From: Bacteroidales bacterium UBA3742
Lineage (GTDB): Bacteria; Bacteroidota; Bacteroidia; Bacteroidales; Paludibacteraceae
DNA length: 39,576 bases
Direction: 5' to 3'
NCBI GenBank assembly: GCA_002371785.1
Contig: DFGU01000091.1
Coordinates: forward strand, 1-39,576
How positions within the stretch are numbered: position 1 is the first letter of the stretch; the number at the start of each line of letters is the position of its first letter. Shown here in pieces: positions 8,040 to 16,675 of this stretch. Both the position numbers and the translations under genes were made by a program. A model generated the notes under the pieces. It worked only from the letters and a program-made list of their open reading frames with translations. It was not told where the DNA came from and ran no database searches.

Positions 8040-9203
8040 TTATTCGGTATGGCGGGTGCTATGCATTGTATGGCGGGTAGTACTATGCATTGTAGGGCGG
8101 AGGCTGTTCTTACATATTTGGGCGGCGAGGGTGTTCATGTTATGGAAGCGGCTGTAGTCGGTATCTGCGGGGATGTCGTTGACATCTCCCATATCGGTCA
8201 GTTGCCAGGGAGAGAGAATGAGCAATTGTCCCATCTCACAGAGCTGATGACGCCGCTTCTCCGGATGCCAGCCATCGCGTATGGGTTCTTTTTGCAAATG
8301 GATAAGCGGAAGGGCTTGCTCGATACAATCCTTGACCAGTTGTTGTTCGCCTTTCGATATACCCGGTGTGACCAATACGGCGCCATCCTTGGCTGCTTGG
8401 ATCCATGCGGCGCGTTCTTGCTGGAACGCGTCGGTGGTCTCATAGCGGGTATTATAGTCGCGTTGATCGCCGCGCATAAGCCAACGATGGCAGAAGACCT
8501 GTTCTTTCCACGGGCGCTTGAGCAAAAAGAGATTTCCATATGCAGCGAAGTCCTGTCCGTCGATGGTGATATGCTGGCGACGCTGGAACAAATCGGGATA
8601 CAAACCTCGCATGATCGCCCGACGAGGATTATCCTGGACATAGTTGATGATGTTCTCCAGCTGGCCTTTGCGGTAACAAATGGTATCATCGTAATTGTCG
8701 TCGAAGAGGGGCTCTATATCATGCTCGGCATAATAGGTCTCGCGCTTTTTGCGGGAGGAATGGGCGAGGTATTCGCGATCTATGTCGGGATCCGCCATAT
8801 ATGGCGGATACAAAGAACGATACGCCTGTGTACAGCCCATTTTGAAGCCGCGGATGATCTCACCAAGAGGTACGTCCAAGGGACGCTCTACCTGGAGGAT
8901 ACCATGGAAATGGTCGGGCATGACCTGGTAGCCCAGCGAACGGATTTGACGGCCGCGGGCGGTTTGCTTATCAAAGGTCTGTAGCCACGCTTGCTCTACG
9001 TATTGACCAAGCTTGGTCAATACGATAGAGGGAGCGGAGAGATCGTTGTTCAGTTCGCCAAACACGCGCTTGCGTGCGTGCGTGACGATAGTAATAAGGT
9101 ATATCCCGGAGGATTTGTAATCCCTCCAGGTATTGTGAGGACGATGGGCGCTACTCAATAGGCCGCCACGGTCCTTCCAATATGTATACCAATCGAACGA
9201 CAT
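8040..9203 (-). CDS. REP-associated tyrosine transposase (RAYT)-like HUH/Y1 protein with a long C-terminal extension
   Basis: A 387-aa ORF. It has the HUH motif (VMPDHFHGILQV) and the downstream Y motif (ENIINYVQDNPRRAIMRGL, compare YIxxNP of IS200/RAYT Y1 enzymes). Palindromic repeats flank it on both sides. About 180 further residues after the Y motif have no recognised domain. Confidence 0.8.
   Translation of the reverse strand: MSFDWYTYWKDRGGLLSSAHRPHNTWRDYKSSGIYLITIVTHARKRVFGELNNDLSAPSIVLTKLGQYVEQAWLQTFDKQTARGRQIRSLGYQVMPDHFHGILQVERPLDVPLGEIIRGFKMGCTQAYRSLYPPYMADPDIDREYLAHSSRKKRETYYAEHDIEPLFDDNYDDTICYRKGQLENIINYVQDNPRRAIMRGLYPDLFQRRQHITIDGQDFAAYGNLFLLKRPWKEQVFCHRWLMRGDQRDYNTRYETTDAFQQERAAWIQAAKDGAVLVTPGISKGEQQLVKDCIEQALPLIHLQKEPIRDGWHPEKRRHQLCEMGQLLILSPWQLTDMGDVNDIPADTDYSRFHNMNTLAAQICKNSLRPTMHSTTRHTMHSTRHTE
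8047..8100. repeat. Degenerate tandem repeat GTATGGCGGGT..CTATGCATT (2.4 copies) inside the 3' end of the RAYT-like ORF
   Basis: Read directly: gtatggcgggtgctatgcatt / gtatggcgggtagtactatgcatt / gtagggcgg. It encodes the repetitive C-terminal tail TMHSTTRHTMHSTRHTE. Confidence 0.85.
8790..8809. repeat. Perfect 20-bp palindrome ATCCGCCATATATGGCGGAT inside the RAYT-like coding sequence
   Basis: Read directly. It is self-complementary over all 20 nt and encodes PPYMADPD, between the HUH and Y motifs. Confidence 0.95.
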
Positions 9204-9211
9204 TGTTTATG

Positions 9212-9264
9212 ATCCGCCATGTATGGCGGATACGTATGGGGAGGATCCGCCATACATGGCGGAT
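9212..9264. repeat. Two REP-like palindromes: ATCCGCCATGTATGGCGGAT at 9212-9231 and ATCCGCCATACATGGCGGAT at 9245-9264
   Basis: Read directly. They fill almost the whole gap between the gdhA stop (9268) and the RAYT-like start (9203). Confidence 0.95.
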
Positions 9265-9267
9265 GCG

Positions 9268-10623
9268 TTATACCAGGCCTTGCTCGACCATGGCGTTGGC
9301 GACTTTCATGAAGCCGGCGATGTTAGCACCACGGACGTAGTTGATATAGCCGTCCTCCTCTGTGCCATACTTGAGGCAAGCGGCGTGGATGTCGGCCATG
9401 ATGGTACGCAGACGTTGATCCACCTCCTCGGCGGTCCACTTGAGACGCATCGAGTTCTGGCTCATCTCGAGACCGGAGGTAGCTACACCACCGGCGTTGC
9501 TGGCCTTACCCGGGCTATAGAGGATCTTAGCGCCTTGGAACAACGCAATAGCATCCGGCGTGGTCGGCATGTTAGCGCCTTCGGTCACGCAGAAGCAACC
9601 GTTCTTAAGCAGGTTCTCGGCGTCGGCTTTTTCAATCTCGTTCTGCGTAGCGCACGGCATAGCGATATCGCAAGGGATGCGCCATGGACGCTCGCCGGGG
9701 AAATACTGAGCCTGCGGATACTTAGCCACGTACTCTTTGATACGGCCGCGACGAACGTTTTTGAGTTCGAAGACATAGGCCATCTTCTCTTCGTTGAGAC
9801 CTTCCGGATCGTAGATGAAACCGTCGGAGTCGCTCAAAGTGAGCACCTTGGCGCCCAGACGCATGGCCTTCTGGGCAGCGAACTGCGCTACGTTACCGGC
9901 ACCGGAGATACATACACGCTTGCCCTCGAAGGACTCACCACGCGTTGCGAGCATCGCCTCGGCGAAGTAACAAGCACCGTAGCCGGTAGCCTCCGGACGC
10001 ATGAGCGAACCGCCCCAGTTCTGGCCTTTACCGGTGAGCGTACCGGTGAACTCGTCACGCAGACGCTTGTACTGGCCGAACATAAAACCAATCTCACGAC
10101 CACCTACACCGATATCACCGGCCGGTACGTCGGTATCAGCACCGATATGACGCTGGAGCTCGGTCATAAACGACTGGCAGAAACGCATCACCTCGGCGTC
10201 GGACTTGCCACGCGGCGAGAAATCGGATCCACCCTTGGCACCACCCATCGGCAGCGTGGTGAGGGCGTTCTTGAAGGTCTGCTCGAAGGCGAGGAACTTC
10301 ATGATACTCAGGTTGACAGACGCATGGAAACGGATACCTCCCTTATACGGACCGATAGCCGAGTTCATCTGTACGCGGAAGCCGCGGTTGATCTGCACCT
10401 CGCCCTCATCGTCCATCCACGGTACGCGGAACATGATGACGCGCTCGGGTTCTACCATGCGCTCCATGATCTTCTGCTCACGCAGATAGGGATAGGCCAT
10501 GATCATCGGTGCGACCGATTCTACTACTTCGCGAACAGCCTGGTGGAACTCGTGCTCACCGGGGTTCTTGCTGATCAGGTCGGCCATAAAAGACTCGACA
10601 TACATTTGGGTTTGTTTGTCCAT
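9268..10623 (-). CDS. gdhA: NADP-specific glutamate dehydrogenase
   Basis: A 451-aa ORF with hallmark GDH segments (KGGIRFH, LPMGGAKGGSDF, GAGNVAQ). Confidence 0.95.
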   Translation of the reverse strand: MDKQTQMYVESFMADLISKNPGEHEFHQAVREVVESVAPMIMAYPYLREQKIMERMVEPERVIMFRVPWMDDEGEVQINRGFRVQMNSAIGPYKGGIRFHASVNLSIMKFLAFEQTFKNALTTLPMGGAKGGSDFSPRGKSDAEVMRFCQSFMTELQRHIGADTDVPAGDIGVGGREIGFMFGQYKRLRDEFTGTLTGKGQNWGGSLMRPEATGYGACYFAEAMLATRGESFEGKRVCISGAGNVAQFAAQKAMRLGAKVLTLSDSDGFIYDPEGLNEEKMAYVFELKNVRRGRIKEYVAKYPQAQYFPGERPWRIPCDIAMPCATQNEIEKADAENLLKNGCFCVTEGANMPTTPDAIALFQGAKILYSPGKASNAGGVATSGLEMSQNSMRLKWTAEEVDQRLRTIMADIHAACLKYGTEEDGYINYVRGANIAGFMKVANAMVEQGLV

Positions 10624-10650
10624 AATGTTGAATATTATAACAGATTAATA

Positions 10651-11409
10651 CTAATTTCGTTGACGAATAGCCTCGTAGATAAATACACCGGCCGCTACAC
10701 TGACGTTGAGCGACTCGATGACACCGGTCATAGGCAGCTTGACGCGGTCGGTACAGAGGTCCAGGTTCGGACCATAGATACCATGCTCCTCGGAGCCCAT
10801 GACGATAGCCGTCGGACCCGTCATGTCGCAGTCGGTATAGAGGCGGTCGGTATGTTCGGTAGCAGCCACGACGCGCAGTCCGCTGTCGCGCAAGTACTGC
10901 AGGCACTCCTGCATATTCTCCACCTTGCAAATGGGCAGGGAGAAGAGGGCACCGGCCGAGGTCTTGATGGCATCGCCGTTGATGGCGACGCTACTACGCG
11001 AAGCAATAACGATCCCGTGTACACCCGCACAAGCGCATGTACGCGCGATAGCTCCGAAGTTGCGCACATCGGTCACGCCATCCAGCACCACCAGCAACGG
11101 CGTCTTGCCCTCGTCGTAGAGCGACTGCACGAGGCTATCGATCGGATAGAACTCGACAGGCGAGAGGAAGGCGATGACGCCCTGATGATTCTTGTCGGTA
11201 TATTGGTTGAGGCGCTCTACGGGCACACGCTGGATATTGGTGGCGGTGCCTGCCAGTTTCTGCTGCAGTTCGCGTCCGATAGCGGAGTTCATATCGCGGC
11301 GCATCAGCACTTTGTCCAGCGCTTTGCCGGCCTCGATGGCCTCTATTACCGCCCGGATACCGAAGATCATCTCCTTCTCCGGCGGACGTTTGGTGTCATA
11401 TTGTTTCAT
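10651..11409 (-). CDS. rlmB: 23S rRNA (guanosine-2'-O)-methyltransferase, RlmB/TrmH (SPOUT) family
   Basis: A 252-aa ORF. It has an N-terminal SpoU substrate-binding-like segment (IFGIRAVIEAIEAG) and C-terminal SPOUT motifs (NFGAIARTC, MGSEEHG, ESLNVSVAAG). Confidence 0.85.
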   Translation of the reverse strand: MKQYDTKRPPEKEMIFGIRAVIEAIEAGKALDKVLMRRDMNSAIGRELQQKLAGTATNIQRVPVERLNQYTDKNHQGVIAFLSPVEFYPIDSLVQSLYDEGKTPLLVVLDGVTDVRNFGAIARTCACAGVHGIVIASRSSVAINGDAIKTSAGALFSLPICKVENMQECLQYLRDSGLRVVAATEHTDRLYTDCDMTGPTAIVMGSEEHGIYGPNLDLCTDRVKLPMTGVIESLNVSVAAGVFIYEAIRQRN

Positions 11410-11421
11410 ATAATGGTCGGT

Positions 11422-13056
11422 TTAAAAATTCTTAATCAGTCGGCCTTGCGCGTCATAAACACGACCGGCATAGTGCATATATACCTGACCGCCATGCAGG
11501 AACTTGCTGGCAGCGCGTTGCTGCTCGGCCGAGAGTTGCTCCAGCGGGGTCTCTCCGCCGGGCTGCGCCTGGATGGTGAAGACGGTCATGATGACCGTGG
11601 TAGGCAGGTAGTTGTTGTTGCCGGGATGGTAAGCCACCACCGTCACTTCGCCCTCGTTCTCCGGCATGATGATGCCATCCTCGATCGAGAGCAGACACTC
11701 TGTATAGGCGTACGTGATAGGCAGGCCGGACGAGAGTACGGCGGTAGAAGGCACGGGTGTACCCACGGTCAGCTGGGTCGGTTGCTCCTCCCACAGGATG
11801 GTCTGCACAGCTTTGTTCACATGCAGCGGCACTTGGAGCGTGCGGGTGTTGTAGATACACGGGTCGTCGGGCGTGAAGATCAAGGTGAGCGCATAGTCGC
11901 CGGCATCCAGGAGGGAGTCTGTGGCTATATTCTGCCAAGCAAACGAACCCGGCACTTGGCCGAGCGTCTCATGTATCTGAGCCGCGCTCAAGGGCTGACC
12001 GTACGTCAGGTCGTCTACCGTCACGCCGATCATCGGATCGGCTTTGCGGATGCTCAGGCTCTTGGCAATCGGTTCGGCCGCATTGTATTTGTAGTTACCC
12101 GGCTGGGTAGCGGTCAGCGTCACCTCGCCAGCACACAGGATCTGCACTACCCCATCCTGCACATACGCTATCGTGGAATCCGAACTCTCATACTGCACCG
12201 GCAGACCCGACGACGTGAAGGCATTCAGCATCGGTCGGTCGGTGGTAAGGTACTCGCCCAGGGTCTGGATCCAGGTGAGCGTCTGGTCGTATTTCTTGGT
12301 CTCACCCGAGACGGCGATACGCACCTCGCGGCCCTCACCGGCAATCACGATCTCGCCGCTATGCTGGCCCGCTTCGCTATGCGAATAGATGATATTGAGT
12401 TGGGTGGACTGGTTGATCTGGTTCTTCTGCCCCACCGACGTGAGCGAGGCCGAGAAATGCGGGTCGGTAGAAGATACCTCGGCCACGATATTGGTCCAGT
12501 TGACCGTCACACTCTTCACGCCATCGGCATCGTCGACCATGGCGCTACCGAAGGGCCACTCGTCGGTGCTGGCGCTCAGGCTCTTCAGTTCGGTCACCTT
12601 GATCTTGCGGAACGCGACCGCCGTCTTACCCGTTGCGTAGAACTTCAGGTAACGGGTGTTGGTGGCCAGCGCCAAGCTCTCCTCTGTATCGGTGGAGATG
12701 GTGTTACCCTCTTTGGTCAGCAGAAGCGACCAGTTGTTGTGGTCGGGCGACTGATAGACGCTGAGCGAACCGTTACTACCACCTTGCCATGCAAAGCTCA
12801 AGGTCTCGGGTATGCCAACCGGATTGAGCGCGATGACACACTCGTCCTCATAGGTACCAATCAGCACGATCTTACCTATTTTCAGGCCACCGCCCAGGCC
12901 CAATAGCGCATTATCATAACTCACGTTCTCCGTCTTGGAGATCACGGTCTGGGCATTGTTGAAATCGTCTTTTGTAAACTCCGTATCCCAGGCCAGTTGG
13001 GCCGAGAGGGAGATCGAAACAGCCATCGCTGCTATCAAAGCGTAAAACTTATTCAT
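11422..13056 (-). CDS. Secreted hypothetical protein with Ig-like repeats
   Basis: A 544-aa ORF with a signal peptide (MNKFYALIAAMAVSISLSAQ), beta-rich repetitive content and a C-terminal GGQVYMHYAGRVYDAQGRLIKNF tail. Confidence 0.7.
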   Translation of the reverse strand: MNKFYALIAAMAVSISLSAQLAWDTEFTKDDFNNAQTVISKTENVSYDNALLGLGGGLKIGKIVLIGTYEDECVIALNPVGIPETLSFAWQGGSNGSLSVYQSPDHNNWSLLLTKEGNTISTDTEESLALATNTRYLKFYATGKTAVAFRKIKVTELKSLSASTDEWPFGSAMVDDADGVKSVTVNWTNIVAEVSSTDPHFSASLTSVGQKNQINQSTQLNIIYSHSEAGQHSGEIVIAGEGREVRIAVSGETKKYDQTLTWIQTLGEYLTTDRPMLNAFTSSGLPVQYESSDSTIAYVQDGVVQILCAGEVTLTATQPGNYKYNAAEPIAKSLSIRKADPMIGVTVDDLTYGQPLSAAQIHETLGQVPGSFAWQNIATDSLLDAGDYALTLIFTPDDPCIYNTRTLQVPLHVNKAVQTILWEEQPTQLTVGTPVPSTAVLSSGLPITYAYTECLLSIEDGIIMPENEGEVTVVAYHPGNNNYLPTTVIMTVFTIQAQPGGETPLEQLSAEQQRAASKFLHGGQVYMHYAGRVYDAQGRLIKNF

Positions 13057-13066
13057 GTATGGTATG

Positions 13067-14680
13067 TTAATATTTTAGCCAGTTTAAGAATTCGTCGGGA
13101 TCAGTGGTAAACGCCATAGGTTCGGCCACGGATTGGCCCTTAGCGTCCAGCTGGACGTAATACGGCTGCGCGTTGGAGCCGAACTGCTCACGCTGGATAC
13201 GGCTGTTCTTCTCGCCGATACCATCGCGCTTGTCATCCACAAATAGCTCGATGAATACATAGTTTTGCAGACGCGTCTTGACGCTATCGTTGTCGAGCAC
13301 ATAGGCCTCCATCTTGCGGCAGTTGACGCAACCGTAGCCGGTGAAGTCGATGATAACGGGACGACTGGTCTGACGGGCATAGGCAAGGCCCTCGTCGTAG
13401 TCGTGGAATACTTCACGGCCCTCGATCTCCATGGGTGGAGCAAAAGCAGATATAGCTTTCACAGGTGCGCCCCATAAGCCGGGCACCAAGTATATAGCAA
13501 ACGCCACGGATGGAATGATCACCACCGCACGGATGATCTTGCGCACGGTGGAAACCTTACGGATATTCCACATGAGGTAGATACCGATGCCCAAGAAGCA
13601 AGCGATCCATATCGCGATGAAGAGCCAACGCGGCAGAATGCCCCATCCGTATGCCATATCGGCTACGCTGAGGAATTTCAGCGAGAGGGCCAGTTCCAGG
13701 AAAGCGAGCACGACCTTGAACGACGTCATCCAGTCACCCGATCGCGGTGCCTGCTTCATCCACTCGGGGAACATAGCAAACAGCGAGAACGGCAACGCCA
13801 AGGCAATCGCGAAGCCCAGCATACCCATCGTCGGTGCCAGCAGGCTCTTGCCGGCCGCCTCTACCAGCAAGGTACCGATGATAGGACCCGTGCAGGAGAA
13901 CGAGACGATGACCAGCGTAAAGGCCATGAGCAGTATACTCAAGAACCCACCTGTATTCCTGGCCTTGCTATCCAGGGCCGTGGACCAAGAGGACGGCAGC
14001 GTGATCTCAAACAATCCGAAGAATGACAGGGCAAAAACCACCAGCAAGAGGAAGAAGACGATATTCACTACCGCATTCGTACTCAGTTCGTTCAGGGCTG
14101 ATGCACCAAACAGCACGGTCACTAGCAGTCCCAGACCTACATACAGCACGATGATGCTCAGACCGTACAATATCGCATCGCGTCGTCCGCCGCCCTTCTT
14201 CAGGAAGAACGACACGGTCATCGGAATGATCGGCCATACACAGGGCGTGAAGATAGCCAGCAAGCCCCCCAGAAAACCCAGCACAAAGATCCACAGCAGT
14301 CCACTAAGCGCCGTCAACGGAGCATCGCACACATTGGCCGACGGCACAGGACACATGATCTCACAGCCGCAGTCCGCCTCTTCTTCACCTTCAGCGTACT
14401 CCCATGTCTCGGGCGCCGTACACATACGGTCGTCGCAGGCATTATATCGTATGGGGGTCAACTCGGCCTTGGCCAGCGTGATCCGAAACGAGTCAGCAAA
14501 CTCCTCGGCAAACTCCCGATCACCCATCTCGATGATATTCATGTGCCAACCGGGTTCTATCTCGGCACGGAGCACCACGCTATCGCCATGCTCTTCCCCA
14601 CTCCACGTCACGGGCTGCACGATCTCAGCTGCCGACACCAGGGGTATCAGGCTGAGCAGGATAAAAAATAGTTTTTTCAT
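13067..14680 (-). CDS. DsbD/CcdA-family thiol:disulfide interchange protein with C-terminal thioredoxin domain
   Basis: It has a signal peptide, a multi-TM core with FTPCVWPIIP and a second Cys (SFSCTGP), and a C-terminal thioredoxin CxxC (GYGCVNCRKME). Confidence 0.85.
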   Translation of the reverse strand: MKKLFFILLSLIPLVSAAEIVQPVTWSGEEHGDSVVLRAEIEPGWHMNIIEMGDREFAEEFADSFRITLAKAELTPIRYNACDDRMCTAPETWEYAEGEEEADCGCEIMCPVPSANVCDAPLTALSGLLWIFVLGFLGGLLAIFTPCVWPIIPMTVSFFLKKGGGRRDAILYGLSIIVLYVGLGLLVTVLFGASALNELSTNAVVNIVFFLLLVVFALSFFGLFEITLPSSWSTALDSKARNTGGFLSILLMAFTLVIVSFSCTGPIIGTLLVEAAGKSLLAPTMGMLGFAIALALPFSLFAMFPEWMKQAPRSGDWMTSFKVVLAFLELALSLKFLSVADMAYGWGILPRWLFIAIWIACFLGIGIYLMWNIRKVSTVRKIIRAVVIIPSVAFAIYLVPGLWGAPVKAISAFAPPMEIEGREVFHDYDEGLAYARQTSRPVIIDFTGYGCVNCRKMEAYVLDNDSVKTRLQNYVFIELFVDDKRDGIGEKNSRIQREQFGSNAQPYYVQLDAKGQSVAEPMAFTTDPDEFLNWLKY

Positions 14681-15216
14681 TTCCGTAATGTATATATATC
14701 CGGCAAGTTGCGGGCGATGCCGTCGATATCCAATCCATAGCCGATCACGAACTCACGCGACACCTCAAAACCCACGTAGTCCGGTGCAGCATCCTCGTAA
14801 TGCAGTTCGCTGGGCTTGTAGAGCAACGACACTACGCGTATCGAACGCGGTTTCTGCTCCTCCAGCACCGGCTTGAGGTAGTGCATCGACAGACCCGTCT
14901 CCACGATATCCTCCACCACGATCACATCCCGGTCGCGCACATCCACATCAATCGGCTTCACCTCCTCAACCTCACCGGTGGATTCGGTGCCGTCGTACGA
15001 ACGCAACTGCACAAACGACATCGTGCAGTCCAGCGGGAACGCACGCAGCAGGTCGCTGAAGAAGAACACGGCCCCATTCAGTACGCAGATGAAATGCGGC
15101 GTCCGGCCGGCATAGTCCTTAGCCATCTGTTGCGCCAACTCACGTACACGCTCGGCAATCTTCTCGGCCGAGATATACGTGTCGAATGTCATGAATTGAT
15201 AATTAACACTTGCCAT
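14677..15216 (-). CDS. hpt: Hypoxanthine phosphoribosyltransferase
   Basis: A 179-aa ORF with the PRPP-binding motif VIVVEDIVETGLSM. It overlaps the next gene by 4 nt. Confidence 0.9.
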   Translation of the reverse strand: MASVNYQFMTFDTYISAEKIAERVRELAQQMAKDYAGRTPHFICVLNGAVFFFSDLLRAFPLDCTMSFVQLRSYDGTESTGEVEEVKPIDVDVRDRDVIVVEDIVETGLSMHYLKPVLEEQKPRSIRVVSLLYKPSELHYEDAAPDYVGFEVSREFVIGYGLDIDGIARNLPDIYTLRK

Positions 15217-15327
15217 ATCTTTATAATTCTTAAAATGTCCAATTTTGGGCTTTCAGCTTTCGGCTTTCAGCATTCGGTCCTTTACCGGAGTGCTCGGAAG
15301 CACCTGATGCAGGTCTGACCTGGCTTC

Positions 15328-16635
15328 TCACCCTTCCCTCCGTATACAAGCGCCGATAGCATTCAGTCGGTGCTCTATATCCTCATAGCCACGGTCGATC
15401 TGGTCGATATGGTCGATCTTGCTCACGCCATCGGCCGACATAGCGGCGATCAGCATCGCGATACCGGCACGGATATCGGGCGAGGTCATGTGGTTCGGCT
15501 TCAGCTTGCGCGAGTTGTCATGACCGATCACCACGGCTCTATGCGGGTCACACAGTATGATCTGCGCACCCATGTCAATCAACTTGTCCACGAAGAACAG
15601 ACGCGATTCGAACATCTTCTGATGAATCAGCACCGATCCGCGTGCCTGGGTAGCCACAACGAGCATCACGCTCAACAAGTCAGGCGTCAGTCCCGGCCAC
15701 GGGGCATCCGCTACCGTCAGGATCGAACCGTCCAGGAAGGAGTCGATCTGATAATGTTCCTGCGCCGGAATCACGATATCGTCGCCATCTACGTCAATAC
15801 GGATACCCAACCTCCGGAACGCATCGGGGATGATACCCAGGTCGCGATACGACACATTGCAGATTCGTAGTTCCGAACCCGTGATAGCGGCCATGCCGAT
15901 AAACGATCCCACCTCGATCATGTCGGGCAACAAGGTATGCTGCGCACCGTGGAGTTCGCGGACACCATCGATGGTGAGCAAGTTGCTACCTACGCCGCTA
16001 ATCTTGGCGCCCATCGCATTCAGCATGCGGCAGAGTTGTTGCAAGTAGGGTTCGCAAGCAGCGTTGTAGATCGTGGTCGTACCCTCGGCCATGACGGAAG
16101 CCATGATGATATTGGCCGTTCCGGTCACCGACGCTTCGTCCAGCAACATATAGGCGCCTTTCAGCTTCTTGCCCTGGAAACGATACGCCAGCAGTTCCTT
16201 GTCGTACTTAAACCGTGCCCCCAGGTTCACCATGCCCTGGAAGTGGGTATCCAGACGGCGACGACCTATCTTATCCCCTCCGGGCTTGGCGTAGATTATC
16301 TCACCCAGACGCGACAACAGAGGACCGATCAGCATCACCGAACCGCGCAACTTATTGCATTTCTGCAAGAAGTCCTTGCTGGCCAGATAGGCCGTATCCA
16401 GGTTCCGCGCCGTGAAGGCATATTTGCCCTTTGCCAACTTCTCCACCGTCACGCCCATCGAGGCAATCAGGTCGATCAGGTTGTTCACATCCAGTATGTT
16501 GGGCAGGTTGTTGATCACCACCGTCTCGCGGGTCAGCAACGTGGCACACAACACCTGCAGCGCCTCGTTCTTTGCACCCTGTGGCGTGATACTGCCGTGC
16601 AACTTATGTCCTCCTTCTACTATAAAACTTGCCAT
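15328..16635 (-). CDS. murA: UDP-N-acetylglucosamine 1-carboxyvinyltransferase
   Basis: A 435-aa ORF with the typical MurA N-terminus (FIVEGGHKLHGSITPQGAKNEALQ) and EPSP-synthase-like fold motifs. Confidence 0.95.
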   Translation of the reverse strand: MASFIVEGGHKLHGSITPQGAKNEALQVLCATLLTRETVVINNLPNILDVNNLIDLIASMGVTVEKLAKGKYAFTARNLDTAYLASKDFLQKCNKLRGSVMLIGPLLSRLGEIIYAKPGGDKIGRRRLDTHFQGMVNLGARFKYDKELLAYRFQGKKLKGAYMLLDEASVTGTANIIMASVMAEGTTTIYNAACEPYLQQLCRMLNAMGAKISGVGSNLLTIDGVRELHGAQHTLLPDMIEVGSFIGMAAITGSELRICNVSYRDLGIIPDAFRRLGIRIDVDGDDIVIPAQEHYQIDSFLDGSILTVADAPWPGLTPDLLSVMLVVATQARGSVLIHQKMFESRLFFVDKLIDMGAQIILCDPHRAVVIGHDNSRKLKPNHMTSPDIRAGIAMLIAAMSADGVSKIDHIDQIDRGYEDIEHRLNAIGACIRREG

Positions 16636-16675
16636 ATTATAGATTTGAAAATTTGAATATTCGAAAATTTGAAGA

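Noticed and set aside
7998-8984. 328-aa plus-strand ORF opposite the RAYT-like gene, and similar long antisense ORFs (13587-14876, 15937-16656, 16853-17671, 18277-19077, 19802-20734, 25048-26031, 27942-29066, 29957-30916, 34636-35505, 37293-38602)
   Set aside because: All lie opposite ORFs with recognisable families, lack motifs, and have the composition of antisense translation.
9223-12906. 1227-aa plus-strand ORF spanning gdhA, rlmB and the secreted-protein gene
   Set aside because: It runs antisense across three independent, well-supported minus-strand genes and their intergenic gaps. The sequence is low-complexity and Arg/Gly/His-rich. It is an artefact of stop-codon depletion in GC-rich DNA.
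15217-15327. Intergenic GAAAGC-type mini-repeats (gctgaaagccgaaagctgaaagcc on the minus strand) between murA and hpt
   Set aside because: They are short and low-complexity with only a weak 5-bp hairpin nearby. The evidence is insufficient for a terminator or regulatory element.
16636-16675. Duplicated GAAAATTTGAA motif between murB stop and murA start
   Set aside because: It is a very short AT-rich direct repeat in a 40-nt spacer and is probably just translation-initiation context. Nothing testable stands out.
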